From Candidatus Omnitrophota bacterium (GTDB lineage Bacteria; Omnitrophota; Gorgyraeia; Gygaellales; Profunditerraquicolaceae): a stretch of DNA of 64,000 bases. The position numbers and the translations under genes were made by a program. Below the pieces are notes generated by a model. It saw only the letters and a program-made list of their open reading frames with translations, did no database searches and had not been told where the DNA came from. The stretch spans positions 234,041 through 298,040 of the forward strand of contig JAKLGJ010000001.1 of NCBI GenBank assembly GCA_022710715.1, given 5' to 3'. This document shows, piece by piece, positions 39,215 to 48,885 of the stretch (position 1 is its first letter; every line of letters begins with the position of its first letter).

Positions 39215-40755
39215 AAGTTCTTGGTATTTATTTAGGCCCAACGCAGGTTACGCTGGTCGAATGCGACGCAAAGAAGATCGTGAACAGTTTCGCCATTCCT
39301 TTGCCCAAACCAGATGCCGTTGACATTGAGCTCAAGGCTCCGGATCTCAACGCATTACAGGCATTGATCAAGGATGGCATGAAGCGCCATCTGATCGAAG
39401 CGAAGTCCGCATTCCTGGTCGTGCCCGGCAAGGATCTGATTATCCGGTCTTTCCATATGAATCCCTTGCCGGCCAAAGAGCTTAATAACGCCGTTAAATA
39501 CGAAGTCAAAAAGTATATTCCTTTCAAACTGGAAGAACTGGTCGCGGATTACCGCGCTATCTTTGACCGGTCGAACAAGAAGAACCTCATTCTTTTCGTG
39601 GGTATCAAAAAAGATGTTTTGGAAAAATACAACGGTTTGCTGACGCAGCTGGGATTGAAAGCGGAATCGGTGGAGTATTCGGGTTTCAGCATGCTCCGGA
39701 TGCTGCAACTGGCCATGGTCAAGGAAAAAGAAACCGTGGCAGTGGTGAATGCCGATCCTCTGGAGGAAGATGAAGTCAATTTTATCGTGATGGAAGACGG
39801 CTTCCCGCTGTTTAACCGCGATATCATCCTTACCGGTACCATGCCGGAGCAGGGCATGATCAAAGCGGAAAAGCTGGAAATGGGAGAGCGTCAGGAAAAG
39901 CTGAAGATCGAGTTGCGCCTCTCGATGGATTTCTACCTGCGTAAATTCCCCACGAAAAACCTCAAGAAATTCATTTTTATCTGTCCTCCTGAAATTAAAG
40001 CCGACCTGGAAATTTTCAGCAAGGAAAGAGGTCTGGCTTCGCGGTATATAGACTCCAAAACGTTCATGGACAAGCCGGGTTCTTTCTCTTTGAGCCTGGC
40101 TAAGGCTTACAGCGGCGCTTTAAACAAGATTGTGCCGGTTAAGACCAAGGTCGACCTGTTATCCATTCCCAGCAAAGTCGCCGGTCCCTCCATGGCGCCG
40201 AGTTTCGTGTACCCTGCGGAAATAAAATTCGATCCCCGGTTCCTGATATTCGGCATCCTGTCGTGTCTGGTCGCTTTCGGTCTGGGCACGTTCCAGAAAA
40301 ATCCGGTCAAGCAGCAGCTCGACGACGAAATTGCCAACCGTCCGCGCGTGGGGTCTTTCAATCCCAACGTCGAGATTACGCTCGAGGCCGCTACGGCAAA
40401 GCGCCAGCAGTTCAGTACGCTGGTGAAAGAAGTCGACGCGGTGATAAAGAAGCGCTTATTGATCACCGGACAACTGGACGGCATCCCGCGGCTTATCCCT
40501 GAAGGGGTATGGTTGAAGGATCTGCGTTACAAGCAGGAGAAAGACAACATTACGCTGGTTCTTCAGGGATTGGCGTTCCTGGACGATAGCAACAAGGAAA
40601 TCGAGACGATCAACAAGTTCGTGCAGAATCTGCGCGACAGCGATCAGTTCAAGAAAGATTTCAAGGAATTCGTGATGGAGAACGTGAATAAGGAGAAGGT
40701 GGAAGATAAATCGGTGACCGGTTTTTCCATACTCTGCAAGACACTAAAGAGATAA
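39211..40755 (+). CDS. pilM: Type IV pilus assembly protein PilM fused to PilN.
   Basis: The N-terminal roughly 340 aa is an actin-like PilM fold. It is followed by a TM helix (FLIFGILSCLVAFGLGTF) and a PilN-like periplasmic domain. Total 514 aa. Confidence 0.7.
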   Translation: MKVLGIYLGPTQVTLVECDAKKIVNSFAIPLPKPDAVDIELKAPDLNALQALIKDGMKRHLIEAKSAFLVVPGKDLIIRSFHMNPLPAKELNNAVKYEVKKYIPFKLEELVADYRAIFDRSNKKNLILFVGIKKDVLEKYNGLLTQLGLKAESVEYSGFSMLRMLQLAMVKEKETVAVVNADPLEEDEVNFIVMEDGFPLFNRDIILTGTMPEQGMIKAEKLEMGERQEKLKIELRLSMDFYLRKFPTKNLKKFIFICPPEIKADLEIFSKERGLASRYIDSKTFMDKPGSFSLSLAKAYSGALNKIVPVKTKVDLLSIPSKVAGPSMAPSFVYPAEIKFDPRFLIFGILSCLVAFGLGTFQKNPVKQQLDDEIANRPRVGSFNPNVEITLEAATAKRQQFSTLVKEVDAVIKKRLLITGQLDGIPRLIPEGVWLKDLRYKQEKDNITLVLQGLAFLDDSNKEIETINKFVQNLRDSDQFKKDFKEFVMENVNKEKVEDKSVTGFSILCKTLKR

Positions 40756-40758
40756 CCT

Positions 40759-41301
40759 ATGATTGATCAGACCAAGATCGTGAGCTGGATACAGAAGAAT
40801 ATCATCAACCTGGTAGTCCTGGGCGTGTTGATCGTTGTGGCGGTTATCGTGTATCAGAAGAAGCAGGAAGAGATCGCCGCGCTGCGCGTTGATATCGAGA
40901 CTGCGCAGAAGACCAATCAGATCCTTGCCGAGTTAGGAGGTCTGGAGAAGAAGGCCAAGGAACTGCGCAAGGTTATTAACGTCAAGGACCCGCAGAAAAT
41001 AGTGGATAAGCTTAACGGTATTGCCAAGCAGGCGGGGGTGACGATCACTTCGCTGAAGCCGAAAACCGAATCCAAGGCTCCGCAGGATCCGAATAAACCG
41101 TTCATCCGTTATGCTTTCGACGTGGTGGTGAGCGCGGAAAATTACCACGCGAACGGGAAATTCATCAGCTTGCTGGAGCAGTCGCCCGATATGTATACGG
41201 TGGATAGAATGGGCTTCCGCCCGATATATAAGGATGAAGGCAACAAATTCCGTCTTGAAATCACTATGGAAATCAGCACCATCATGATGAAAGAGGATTA
41301 A
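40759..41301 (+). CDS. pilO: Type IV pilus assembly protein PilO.
   Basis: N-terminal TM helix, a coiled-coil, then a PilO-type periplasmic domain. Position in the pilMNOPQ order supports the call. Confidence 0.6.
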   Translation: MIDQTKIVSWIQKNIINLVVLGVLIVVAVIVYQKKQEEIAALRVDIETAQKTNQILAELGGLEKKAKELRKVINVKDPQKIVDKLNGIAKQAGVTITSLKPKTESKAPQDPNKPFIRYAFDVVVSAENYHANGKFISLLEQSPDMYTVDRMGFRPIYKDEGNKFRLEITMEISTIMMKED

Positions 41302-41304
41302 GCT

Positions 41305-41781
41305 GTGAAGAGACGAACTCGACTGAATGCTGCGATGGTAATCGGAACTGGCGCGTGGGTACTTTTGATTTCCTGTTTCTTGCTGCCTCCGGAGGCGGTG
41401 AACGCCGCGGAAGATAAGCCGGCGGGGATCGCGTTGCCCGTCGGCGTGAAATATTCCGCCGAGAAGCTGCGCGATCCGTTTGAACCGTACGTCAAGAAAA
41501 AAGAGCCGATGCTTTCGACGCAGCAGTTGACCAAACAGGAGGATTTTAAGCCGCCGTCTATGACGATACAGGGCATTTCCTGGGGCGGCAGATATCCGCA
41601 GGCCATTGTCAATAATAAAGTCGTCAGGGTCGGCGACACGGTCAGCGACGCCGTGGTAGTCGAAATCAGGAGAGACGGCATAGTTTTCTCTTTTAAGAAT
41701 CGTCAATTCGGGGTCATGGCTCCGGCTCTTGATCCGGCGAGCCAGAAAACAAAAACGTCCAAATACAGAACGAGAAAATGA
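41305..41781 (+). CDS. pilP: Type IV pilus assembly protein PilP.
   Basis: Lipoprotein-like N-terminus (LLISCFLL). The C-terminal beta domain reads GISWGGRYPQAIVNNKVVRVGDTVSDAVVVEIRRDGIVF. It lies between pilO and pilQ. Confidence 0.6.
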   Translation: MKRRTRLNAAMVIGTGAWVLLISCFLLPPEAVNAAEDKPAGIALPVGVKYSAEKLRDPFEPYVKKKEPMLSTQQLTKQEDFKPPSMTIQGISWGGRYPQAIVNNKVVRVGDTVSDAVVVEIRRDGIVFSFKNRQFGVMAPALDPASQKTKTSKYRTRK

Positions 41782-41807
41782 CGGTGCATGTCCAAAGGAG
41801 GCTATCG

Positions 41808-43457
41808 ATGAATCTCTATGCTCAAAGTGTGGTGGTAATCATCGTCTGCGCGCTTGCCGCTCCGACGCCCGGTTATGCCCAGCAGGAAATGAAATCCGCT
41901 CCTGCGCAGGCGGCGCCGGCAGCCAAAGCGGCCGCTCCGGCAACCGCGCCGGCTCCAGCGCCCGCAGCAGCGCCCATGTCTCTACAGGCGATACAGGATC
42001 TGCTGGCTCCCGAGCAGGCGATCTCCATCGACCTCCAGGATGCTTTCTTGAAGGACGTTTTGAAGATATTTTCGGTTCAGTCCGGCCTGAATTTCATCGC
42101 TTCCGAATCCATACAGGACAAAAAGGTCACCCTGTATCTGGACAAAGTCCCGATCAAACAGGCGATGGACAAGCTTTTCGAGACCAATAAACTCATTTAC
42201 GAATTCGATGAAGAAGCCAATATGTTCATCGTCCGCGGCAAAGAGGATGAATCGGAATTGATCACCCGCGTCTTCCAGTTGAAATACCGCAGCGTGTCCA
42301 CTTCCAACATGGAACAGCAGCGGGTCGGTTTGTTCGGCGGTTCGCAGTCCGGCGGCGGCAGCAGCAGCAGCAAGAACAACGAGATCGACAATACCATCGC
42401 CAAGATTTCGGATATTACCAAAACCATACAACAGATATTGAGCAAACAGGGAAAGGTCAGCGAAGATAACAAAACCAACAGTCTGATCGTCACCGATATT
42501 GCCAGCCGTTTCCCGATGATCCGGCAGGTAATCGCCAGCCTGGATATCCGGCAGCCGCAGGTAATGCTGGAAATCGAGATGCTGGATGTGAGCAAGGATA
42601 TCGTTGATAACCTCGGGCTCAAGTTCGGGCAGTCGCCTTTTAACCTGACCATGATCTGGGGTACGAAAGGGACCAATTTCCCCTTTACCCGTAATCTCGG
42701 CGGGACCGATCCCAATCAGATCGGTTCGATGGCCTGGTCGGACAGCTCGAATCCGTATACCATGCTTTTCGATTTTCTCAAAACCAAAACCGATACTAAA
42801 TTCCTGGCCCGGCCGAGGATACTGGCGTTGAACAATGAGACCGCGGAAATCAGCGTGACCAAGGATGAAGTGGTTACCAAGAGAGTGGTCTGGGTGCAGG
42901 ATACGGATTCTTCCGGCCACACCGAAGATGTTTATGAGCGCGCCACGTCTCTGGAGTTGACCCCGGAAGGTATCGGCGTCTTTTTGCGGGTAACGCCGAT
43001 GATCAATACCGATACCGGCGAGATCACCATGGTGGTCTTCCCCAAGACCAGCTCGGCCCTGCAGAGCCCCAACGTCACGGATGGTTCGTTAGCCCTTGAC
43101 CCGGAAGTGCGCAGCACTAAATCCGTGATCAAGGTCCGCGACGGAGAAACAGTGATCATGGGCGGTCTGATCCATCAGGACAAACAGAAGGTGTCCACCA
43201 AGGTGCCGATCTTCAGCGACATTCCGATCCTGGGTATGTTGTTCCGTCACAAGCAGATTCCCATGAACAAGGACCGGGAACTGCTGGTTTTCATCACCCC
43301 GCATATCCTGAAAGACGAACCGGCGATGCCTGTCAAAACGACATTCAACAAACGTAGAGCTCCCGGCAACCGGGTGAGCCAGGCCCAGGGCGGCGATAAA
43401 GTCACGCTTTTTACCCGGCATGAGGCAGTGAATACCGCGCTGAACAACCTGGAATAA
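41808..43457 (+). CDS. pilQ: Type IV pilus secretin PilQ.
   Basis: Signal peptide, Ala/Pro-rich linker and N domains. The secretin C-domain reads VMLEIEMLDVS...VPIFSDIPILGMLFRHK. I chose the MNLYAQS start (41808) because an AAGGAGG ribosome-binding site precedes it; the track ORF starts at 41778. Confidence 0.85.
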   Translation: MNLYAQSVVVIIVCALAAPTPGYAQQEMKSAPAQAAPAAKAAAPATAPAPAPAAAPMSLQAIQDLLAPEQAISIDLQDAFLKDVLKIFSVQSGLNFIASESIQDKKVTLYLDKVPIKQAMDKLFETNKLIYEFDEEANMFIVRGKEDESELITRVFQLKYRSVSTSNMEQQRVGLFGGSQSGGGSSSSKNNEIDNTIAKISDITKTIQQILSKQGKVSEDNKTNSLIVTDIASRFPMIRQVIASLDIRQPQVMLEIEMLDVSKDIVDNLGLKFGQSPFNLTMIWGTKGTNFPFTRNLGGTDPNQIGSMAWSDSSNPYTMLFDFLKTKTDTKFLARPRILALNNETAEISVTKDEVVTKRVVWVQDTDSSGHTEDVYERATSLELTPEGIGVFLRVTPMINTDTGEITMVVFPKTSSALQSPNVTDGSLALDPEVRSTKSVIKVRDGETVIMGGLIHQDKQKVSTKVPIFSDIPILGMLFRHKQIPMNKDRELLVFITPHILKDEPAMPVKTTFNKRRAPGNRVSQAQGGDKVTLFTRHEAVNTALNNLE

Positions 43458-43547
43458 GTGCGTTTAAGAACAATCCATTGTTGCGTGCTTACACCCACGG
43501 ACCTGCCGAGCGCGGGGAAGTGGGTGTAATCAAAATACACGGACGCC

Positions 43548-45257
43548 ATGAGCAAAGATAAATATTTTAAACTCGGTGAACTGCTGATCAAGGAAGGGTT
43601 GATCAAAGATAACGATCTGGAAAAGGCGATCAGCGTTCAACGTAAAGAAGGCGGCCGGCTGGGAGAAGTGATCATCAAGCTCGGCCTGGTCAGCGAAGAG
43701 CAGATTGTCCGGGTAGTGGGAAAGCAGCTGGATATCCCTTTTTTCCCTCTGGGCACCGGCATGCTCAAACCTGCCGCCGAACAGAACCTGGAGAAGTTCA
43801 TCCCGCAGGAGTTCGCGGTCAAGAATTATGTCCTGCCTATCTCGCATACCCTGAAGTCTCTCACGGTAGCCATGTCGGATCCGCTGGATCTGATACTGAT
43901 CGATAACCTTAGAAAACTGACCGGCTGCGAGATCAACCGGGTGATCGCCACCAAGTCCGACATTCTCAAAGCCATAGACGAGTTTTACGGTAAGTCGAGC
44001 ATGTTGAAAACAGCGGTCAACGCTTCCTACGAAGCGGAAAGCGAACTTGCTGTCGAGGCCCGGGAAGAAGAGTTGAGCCTGGATAAGCTGGTAGCGCGCG
44101 CCGAAGAAGCTCCGGTGGTAAAACTGGTGGATCTGATCATCCGGCAGGCCATCGCGGAGCGCGCTTCGGATATCCATGTCGAGCCGTTCAAAGACAGGAT
44201 TTGCCTGCGGTACCGTATCGACGGCAAGCTGTATGAGATACCGCCTCCCGCAAAACATTTGCAGCTGGCGATCGTCTCCCGCGTCAAGATCCTGGCCAAG
44301 CTGGATATAGCCGAGAAGCGCCTGCCCCAGGACGGGGCGATCATGGTTAAGATCGAGGATCGCGTTATCGACTTGCGCGTATCGACTATCCCGACTATTC
44401 ACGGCGAGAAATGCGTTTTGAGGATCCTGGATAAAGGTTCCTCGCTTTTGTCTTTGAGCCAGATGGGATTTGACGCCGGGCAGCTGGAGCTGATCCGCAA
44501 ATGCATTATGATGCCGTACGGCATGGTCCTGGTGACCGGTCCTACCGGCAGCGGTAAATCCACGTCTCTTTACGCCATGCTCAACGAGATCAAGAGCCCG
44601 GAGCGCAATATCGTTACGGTCGAAGACCCGGTCGAATTCAAGCTGGACGGCGTTAACCAGGTGCAGATCAAACCGGATATCGGTCTGACTTTTGCCACGG
44701 CGTTGCGCAGCTTCCTGCGCCAGGATCCGGACGTGATGCTGGTCGGCGAGGTAAGAGATCTGGAAACAGCGGAGATTTGCGTTCGTTCGGCGTTGACCGG
44801 CCATCTTGTTTTGAGCACGCTGCATACCAATGACGCTCCATCGGCGATCACCCGCCTGATCGACATCGGTATCGAACCGTATTTGATCTCTCCGTCTTTA
44901 TTATGCGTGATCGCGCAAAGGCTCCTGCGCCGTCTCTGCCCGGACTGCAAAGAAGCGTACGAGCCTTCCGCCGATGAACTTAAAGGCACCAAGATCAAAG
45001 CGGAATTGCTCTTTCGTCCCAAGGGATGCCCCAAATGCAATCAGATCGGCTACCGCGGCAGGACCTGCGTTTCCGAAGTGATGATGGTCGACGCCGAGAT
45101 CCGCGATCTCATCACGCAGCGCGCGCCGTTCCAGAAGATCCGTAAGACCGCGATTGAAACGGGCGCGATGCAGTCTCTGTATGAATCCGCCCTGAAGAAA
45201 GTGGAAGCGGGAATGACTTCATTCGAGGAAGCGCTTTCAGTCACTATAGGAGTTTAA
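43548..45257 (+). CDS. pilB: Type IV pilus assembly ATPase PilB (GspE family).
   Basis: T2SSE_N domain at the N-terminus. Walker A GPTGSGKST, Asp box and His box are present. Tetracysteine motif CPDC...CPKC. Confidence 0.9.
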   Translation: MSKDKYFKLGELLIKEGLIKDNDLEKAISVQRKEGGRLGEVIIKLGLVSEEQIVRVVGKQLDIPFFPLGTGMLKPAAEQNLEKFIPQEFAVKNYVLPISHTLKSLTVAMSDPLDLILIDNLRKLTGCEINRVIATKSDILKAIDEFYGKSSMLKTAVNASYEAESELAVEAREEELSLDKLVARAEEAPVVKLVDLIIRQAIAERASDIHVEPFKDRICLRYRIDGKLYEIPPPAKHLQLAIVSRVKILAKLDIAEKRLPQDGAIMVKIEDRVIDLRVSTIPTIHGEKCVLRILDKGSSLLSLSQMGFDAGQLELIRKCIMMPYGMVLVTGPTGSGKSTSLYAMLNEIKSPERNIVTVEDPVEFKLDGVNQVQIKPDIGLTFATALRSFLRQDPDVMLVGEVRDLETAEICVRSALTGHLVLSTLHTNDAPSAITRLIDIGIEPYLISPSLLCVIAQRLLRRLCPDCKEAYEPSADELKGTKIKAELLFRPKGCPKCNQIGYRGRTCVSEVMMVDAEIRDLITQRAPFQKIRKTAIETGAMQSLYESALKKVEAGMTSFEEALSVTIGV

Positions 45258-45260
45258 ACC

Positions 45261-46508
45261 ATGGCTCGCTTTTTTTACGTAGCGCGGGATGTAACGGGGA
45301 AGCGCGTTGCCGGCAACGAAGAAGCGGTTAATGAAGAAGATCTGATCAGCCGTCTTCAGGGAATGGAGTTGACGGTCGTGGAAGTCAGCGCCGCGGGCAA
45401 GTCCGACCAGGGCCGGTTCACCTCGGATACCGCCGGGATCGCCCCCGGTACCAAGTTCAGGCATCGTCATTTCGGTATCAGCAGCACGGACCTGGTTTTA
45501 TTCTGCCGTCAGCTCGCCACTTTGCTGGGATCCGGCGTCACCATTCTGGCCAGCCTGGAGACGATCGGCAAACAGGTCGGCAGTCAGAGGCTTTATACCA
45601 TCATCAAGAACCTCCAGAAAGACATGGAGGGAGGCTTGAGCTTTCACGAGACCCTGGCCCGGCACAAAGATGTTTTTTCCGAACTGTGGGTCAACCTGGT
45701 GGAGAGCGGCGAGGCTTCCGGAAACCTGGCAGTGGTTCTGGACCGCCTGGCCAATTATCTGGAACGTAATGCCGAATTCAAACGCAAACTCATTTCCAGC
45801 CTTATTTACCCGGCGATTCTGCTTTTCGGTTCCCTGGGCGCGTTGCTCTTCTTGACCATCAAGATCGTTCCCACCTTTGCCGAAGTGTTCAAAGGGTTCA
45901 ATGTCGAATTACCCCGCCCGACAATCATCCTGATGGCGGTCAGCGATTTTATCCGGGCGAACTTGCTGTTTATCATTATCGCCCTGATCGTGTTCGGCTT
46001 TATGTTCAAAAGCTATATCAGCACCAAGGAAGGCCGGCGCCAGTGGGAAACGCTCCTGTATAAAGTGCCGCTTTTCGGCGAATTCTTCCGCGCGCTGGCG
46101 GTAGAGCGTTTTTCCTCGGAGATGTCCACTCTGGTGGAAAGCGGCGTTCCCATCCTGTATTCGCTGGAGATCGCCGAACAGAGCGTGGGCAGCATTATCA
46201 TGTCGGAGATCGTGCACAAAGTCAAAGAGGACGTGCGCTCCGGCAAGACCTTGAGCAAACCTATGGAGCAGAGCGGGTTCTTCGAGCCGATGGTGGTGCA
46301 GATGGTCAGTATCGGCGAGGAGATCGGCGAACTTTCCCAGATGTTCAAACGTATCAACGTCTTCTACCAGGAGTACGTGGAGACTTTTCTGGAGCGCGTA
46401 TTGACCTTGTTTGAGCCGATGATGCTCATTTTTATGGGCGTAATCATCGGTTTGATGGTGGTCGGCATGTTCCTGCCCATCTTCCAGATGACCAAGATCG
46501 GCTCGTAG
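45261..46508 (+). CDS. pilC: Type IV pilus platform protein PilC (GspF family).
   Basis: Two T2SSF repeats, three TM segments, and the typical C-terminal LEPMMLIFMGVIIG. Confidence 0.9.
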   Translation: MARFFYVARDVTGKRVAGNEEAVNEEDLISRLQGMELTVVEVSAAGKSDQGRFTSDTAGIAPGTKFRHRHFGISSTDLVLFCRQLATLLGSGVTILASLETIGKQVGSQRLYTIIKNLQKDMEGGLSFHETLARHKDVFSELWVNLVESGEASGNLAVVLDRLANYLERNAEFKRKLISSLIYPAILLFGSLGALLFLTIKIVPTFAEVFKGFNVELPRPTIILMAVSDFIRANLLFIIIALIVFGFMFKSYISTKEGRRQWETLLYKVPLFGEFFRALAVERFSSEMSTLVESGVPILYSLEIAEQSVGSIIMSEIVHKVKEDVRSGKTLSKPMEQSGFFEPMVVQMVSIGEEIGELSQMFKRINVFYQEYVETFLERVLTLFEPMMLIFMGVIIGLMVVGMFLPIFQMTKIGS

Positions 46509-46590
46509 TGACGAGCGCCTTGACACCAGGGGTTACTTTGAGGTATACTATTACTGTAACTTCAAGTGACACTTTGAGAAAGGAGGAAGC

Positions 46591-47037
46591 TTGAGAAAAG
46601 GATTTACGCTCATTGAACTACTGGTAGTGTTGATCGTGATTGCCATTCTGGTGGTCCTGGCTTTTGTAGCCTATCAATTCATTATTGAACGTTCGCGCGG
46701 CACCGAAGCCAGAGAGGCGCTGGGGTATTTTCGCAAGATGTGCGCCGGGATTTACGACCGCGACGGCTCGGTGAGTAACTGTGACGATAAAACCTTGCAC
46801 GTAGGCAACTGGACGCTGGATCAAAGCGAAATATCCTATCCTTCGGAATGTCTGCCCAGCAATTATTTCAACTATAGCGTTTTTCTGGACGATGAGGAAA
46901 ACGGGGTAATCAGCTTTATAGCTTCCCGCTGCCGGAAAGGCGGCCGGAAACCGGACGCGACCCGCGCGGGATCGATCAGCCTTACGGTGGATTACAAGAC
47001 CAACAAAAATACCTGGACGACCAAGGGTATCTACTAA
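46591..47037 (+). CDS. Type IV pilin (prepilin, paralog 1).
   Basis: MRKG|FTLIELLVVLIVIAIL class III signal with Glu at +5. Cys pair in the C-terminal domain. Sequons NWT and NYS. Confidence 0.85.
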   Translation: MRKGFTLIELLVVLIVIAILVVLAFVAYQFIIERSRGTEAREALGYFRKMCAGIYDRDGSVSNCDDKTLHVGNWTLDQSEISYPSECLPSNYFNYSVFLDDEENGVISFIASRCRKGGRKPDATRAGSISLTVDYKTNKNTWTTKGIY

Positions 47038-47051
47038 GAAAGGAGTCACAG

Positions 47052-47501
47052 ATGAAAAAGGGGTTTACGCTTATCGAACTGATGATCGTTATCATTATCA
47101 TCGGTATACTCGCCACGGTGGGTATTATCCAGTATCAGACCGCAGTGGAGAAATCCCGCGGTTCGGAAGCCAAACAGTTCCTGGGCCATTTGCGCGGGTT
47201 ATGCGCGGCTATTTACCTGGAAACCGAGGACGCCCAGGATTGTCAGAAGGATGACGGTCGTGATTTGACTATCGGACAGACCGGCGGTATTCCCGGTCCG
47301 AAGATCACCGACTGCGAGTTGTCCAATTTTTTCGCATATGCAGTCGAAGACTGCGACCAGACTTCGTGTAAGTTCGTTGCGAGGCGTTGCGCGGTCAATA
47401 CCGGTAAAAAGCCCGGTTCCACCAAGGCTTTTGAGCTTCATTTGACTACTGATTTCGCGACGGGCAACGATACCTGGTATTCTCCTGACGGTACGTATTA
47501 A
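47052..47501 (+). CDS. Type IV pilin (prepilin, paralog 2).
   Basis: MKKG|FTLIELMIVIIIIGIL. Several Cys. Sequon NDT near the C-terminus. Confidence 0.85.
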   Translation: MKKGFTLIELMIVIIIIGILATVGIIQYQTAVEKSRGSEAKQFLGHLRGLCAAIYLETEDAQDCQKDDGRDLTIGQTGGIPGPKITDCELSNFFAYAVEDCDQTSCKFVARRCAVNTGKKPGSTKAFELHLTTDFATGNDTWYSPDGTY

Positions 47502-47905
47502 TGTATCAGCCGGATACGATGTTGACAACGCGGCGTAAAGGATTTACCCTGATCGAGCTTCTCGTTGTGCTGATCATCATCGGGATCCTGGCGACGATCT
47601 CTATCAACCAATTCATCGGTCCGCGGGAATCAGCTTTGAATAAGGAGGCCATTGCCAACCTCAAGCTGATTGCCGCGGCCGAACGAATGTACCGCATGGA
47701 AACCGGTAGTTATGTGTCTGCCGCTACCGAAACCGACCTGAACGATAAGCTCAAGCTGCTGCTGCCTGCGGTGAACCGGAAATGGCAGTATGCGGTGGAT
47801 GCTCCCACCAAGGATACTTTTCGCGCTACCGCGGTTCGCGCCGACAAGCGCCTGAATCGAACGTATTTTGTGAATGAGAGCCTTGAAGAACCTGTAAAGC
47901 AATAG
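47501..47905 (+). CDS. Type IV pilin (prepilin, paralog 3).
   Basis: RRKG|FTLIELLVVLIIIGIL. The real start may be the internal MLTTRRKG at 47519. Sequons NRT and NES near the C-terminus. Confidence 0.8.
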   Translation: MYQPDTMLTTRRKGFTLIELLVVLIIIGILATISINQFIGPRESALNKEAIANLKLIAAAERMYRMETGSYVSAATETDLNDKLKLLLPAVNRKWQYAVDAPTKDTFRATAVRADKRLNRTYFVNESLEEPVKQ

Positions 47906-47915
47906 AGGGTACGTT

Positions 47916-48296
47916 ATGCATAGAACCGGCAGCCGCGGGGTTACGATCATCGAAATTCTTGTGGCTTTATTCATCCTGGCGCTGGTCATGGCCGCATTCC
48001 TGAACGTGTTCGTCATCGGCAAAAAATTCATTTTTCACAGTCGTTCACGGGTGGTCAGCGCGGAACTGGGAAAGCATTTTTTCGAACAACCCGGGCCGCT
48101 GGACGTCAGGCAGGACACCTGGGGGACGAATTGCGTCAGCAATAACAACAACTGCGTCAATCCCGCACCCTTGACGGTGGATTCTATCGTGTATAACGGC
48201 AAGTATGAATCGTCGGCAATCAACACCCCGGATGGGACGCCGACTACTTTACGAAGAGTAGTGGTTAACGTGACCTGGAATGAATCTGATTTCTGA
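47916..48296 (+). CDS. Minor pilin / pseudopilin (prepilin-type N-terminus).
   Basis: SRG|VTIIEILVALFILAL. The C-terminus carries NVTWNES. Confidence 0.7.
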   Translation: MHRTGSRGVTIIEILVALFILALVMAAFLNVFVIGKKFIFHSRSRVVSAELGKHFFEQPGPLDVRQDTWGTNCVSNNNNCVNPAPLTVDSIVYNGKYESSAINTPDGTPTTLRRVVVNVTWNESDF

Positions 48297-48867
48297 TCGG
48301 TCTAAAGCGGTTACTCTGGTGGAACTCCTGATCGGCGTGGTGCTGCTCGGTCTTATCGTGCTGGGTCTGTCCGGTATAGAATTGTTTTGCCGCTATCATT
48401 TTGTCGCTTCGGACCGCAAGGTCAAAGTGGTCAATCAGGCGACCTACCTGCTGGAACACATGACCAAGAATATCGGCCAGGGGATCGGCACGGTCAACGA
48501 GCCCCCGGTGGATGGCACTGCGCAACCGCCTTTCGATACCTCGATCCGCGCCGTTATCGACAGCAACCAGAACGCGATCCGCGACGCCGACGATCTTACC
48601 GTTGCCTATATGTTCCGGCGGTCCACGCATGAAGTTTTTTATTATCCCGATTTCAACGGCGCCGCCGCCGGCCACGGAGAAAAGCTGGGCGCGCAGATCC
48701 GGGATTTCACGGTAAGCGTTCCGGCAAACAATATCGTGGAAGTGAATCTGACCGCCTGCTGGGACGCTTCTATCCCGGACTCCAGTTCCAAACATTGCGG
48801 TACGCCGGATAATCCCGGGGTTTCCATGCAAACCCGTATTTACCTGCCTTCAGTATCAATCAATTAA
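48280..48867 (+). CDS. Minor pilin / pseudopilin (PilW/GspJ-like).
   Basis: KA|VTLVELLIGVVLLGL prepilin-like N-terminus. Sequon NLT near the C-terminus. It overlaps the preceding minor pilin gene. Confidence 0.65.
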   Translation: MNLISDRSKAVTLVELLIGVVLLGLIVLGLSGIELFCRYHFVASDRKVKVVNQATYLLEHMTKNIGQGIGTVNEPPVDGTAQPPFDTSIRAVIDSNQNAIRDADDLTVAYMFRRSTHEVFYYPDFNGAAAGHGEKLGAQIRDFTVSVPANNIVEVNLTACWDASIPDSSSKHCGTPDNPGVSMQTRIYLPSVSIN

Positions 48868-48885
48868 AATCACGTTTGTATTCTC

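Noticed and set aside
43530-44825. 431-aa minus-strand ORF.
   Set aside because: It is antisense to pilB, whose Walker motifs are unambiguous on the + strand. The product is low-complexity and Arg/Asp/Gln-rich, with no known domain.
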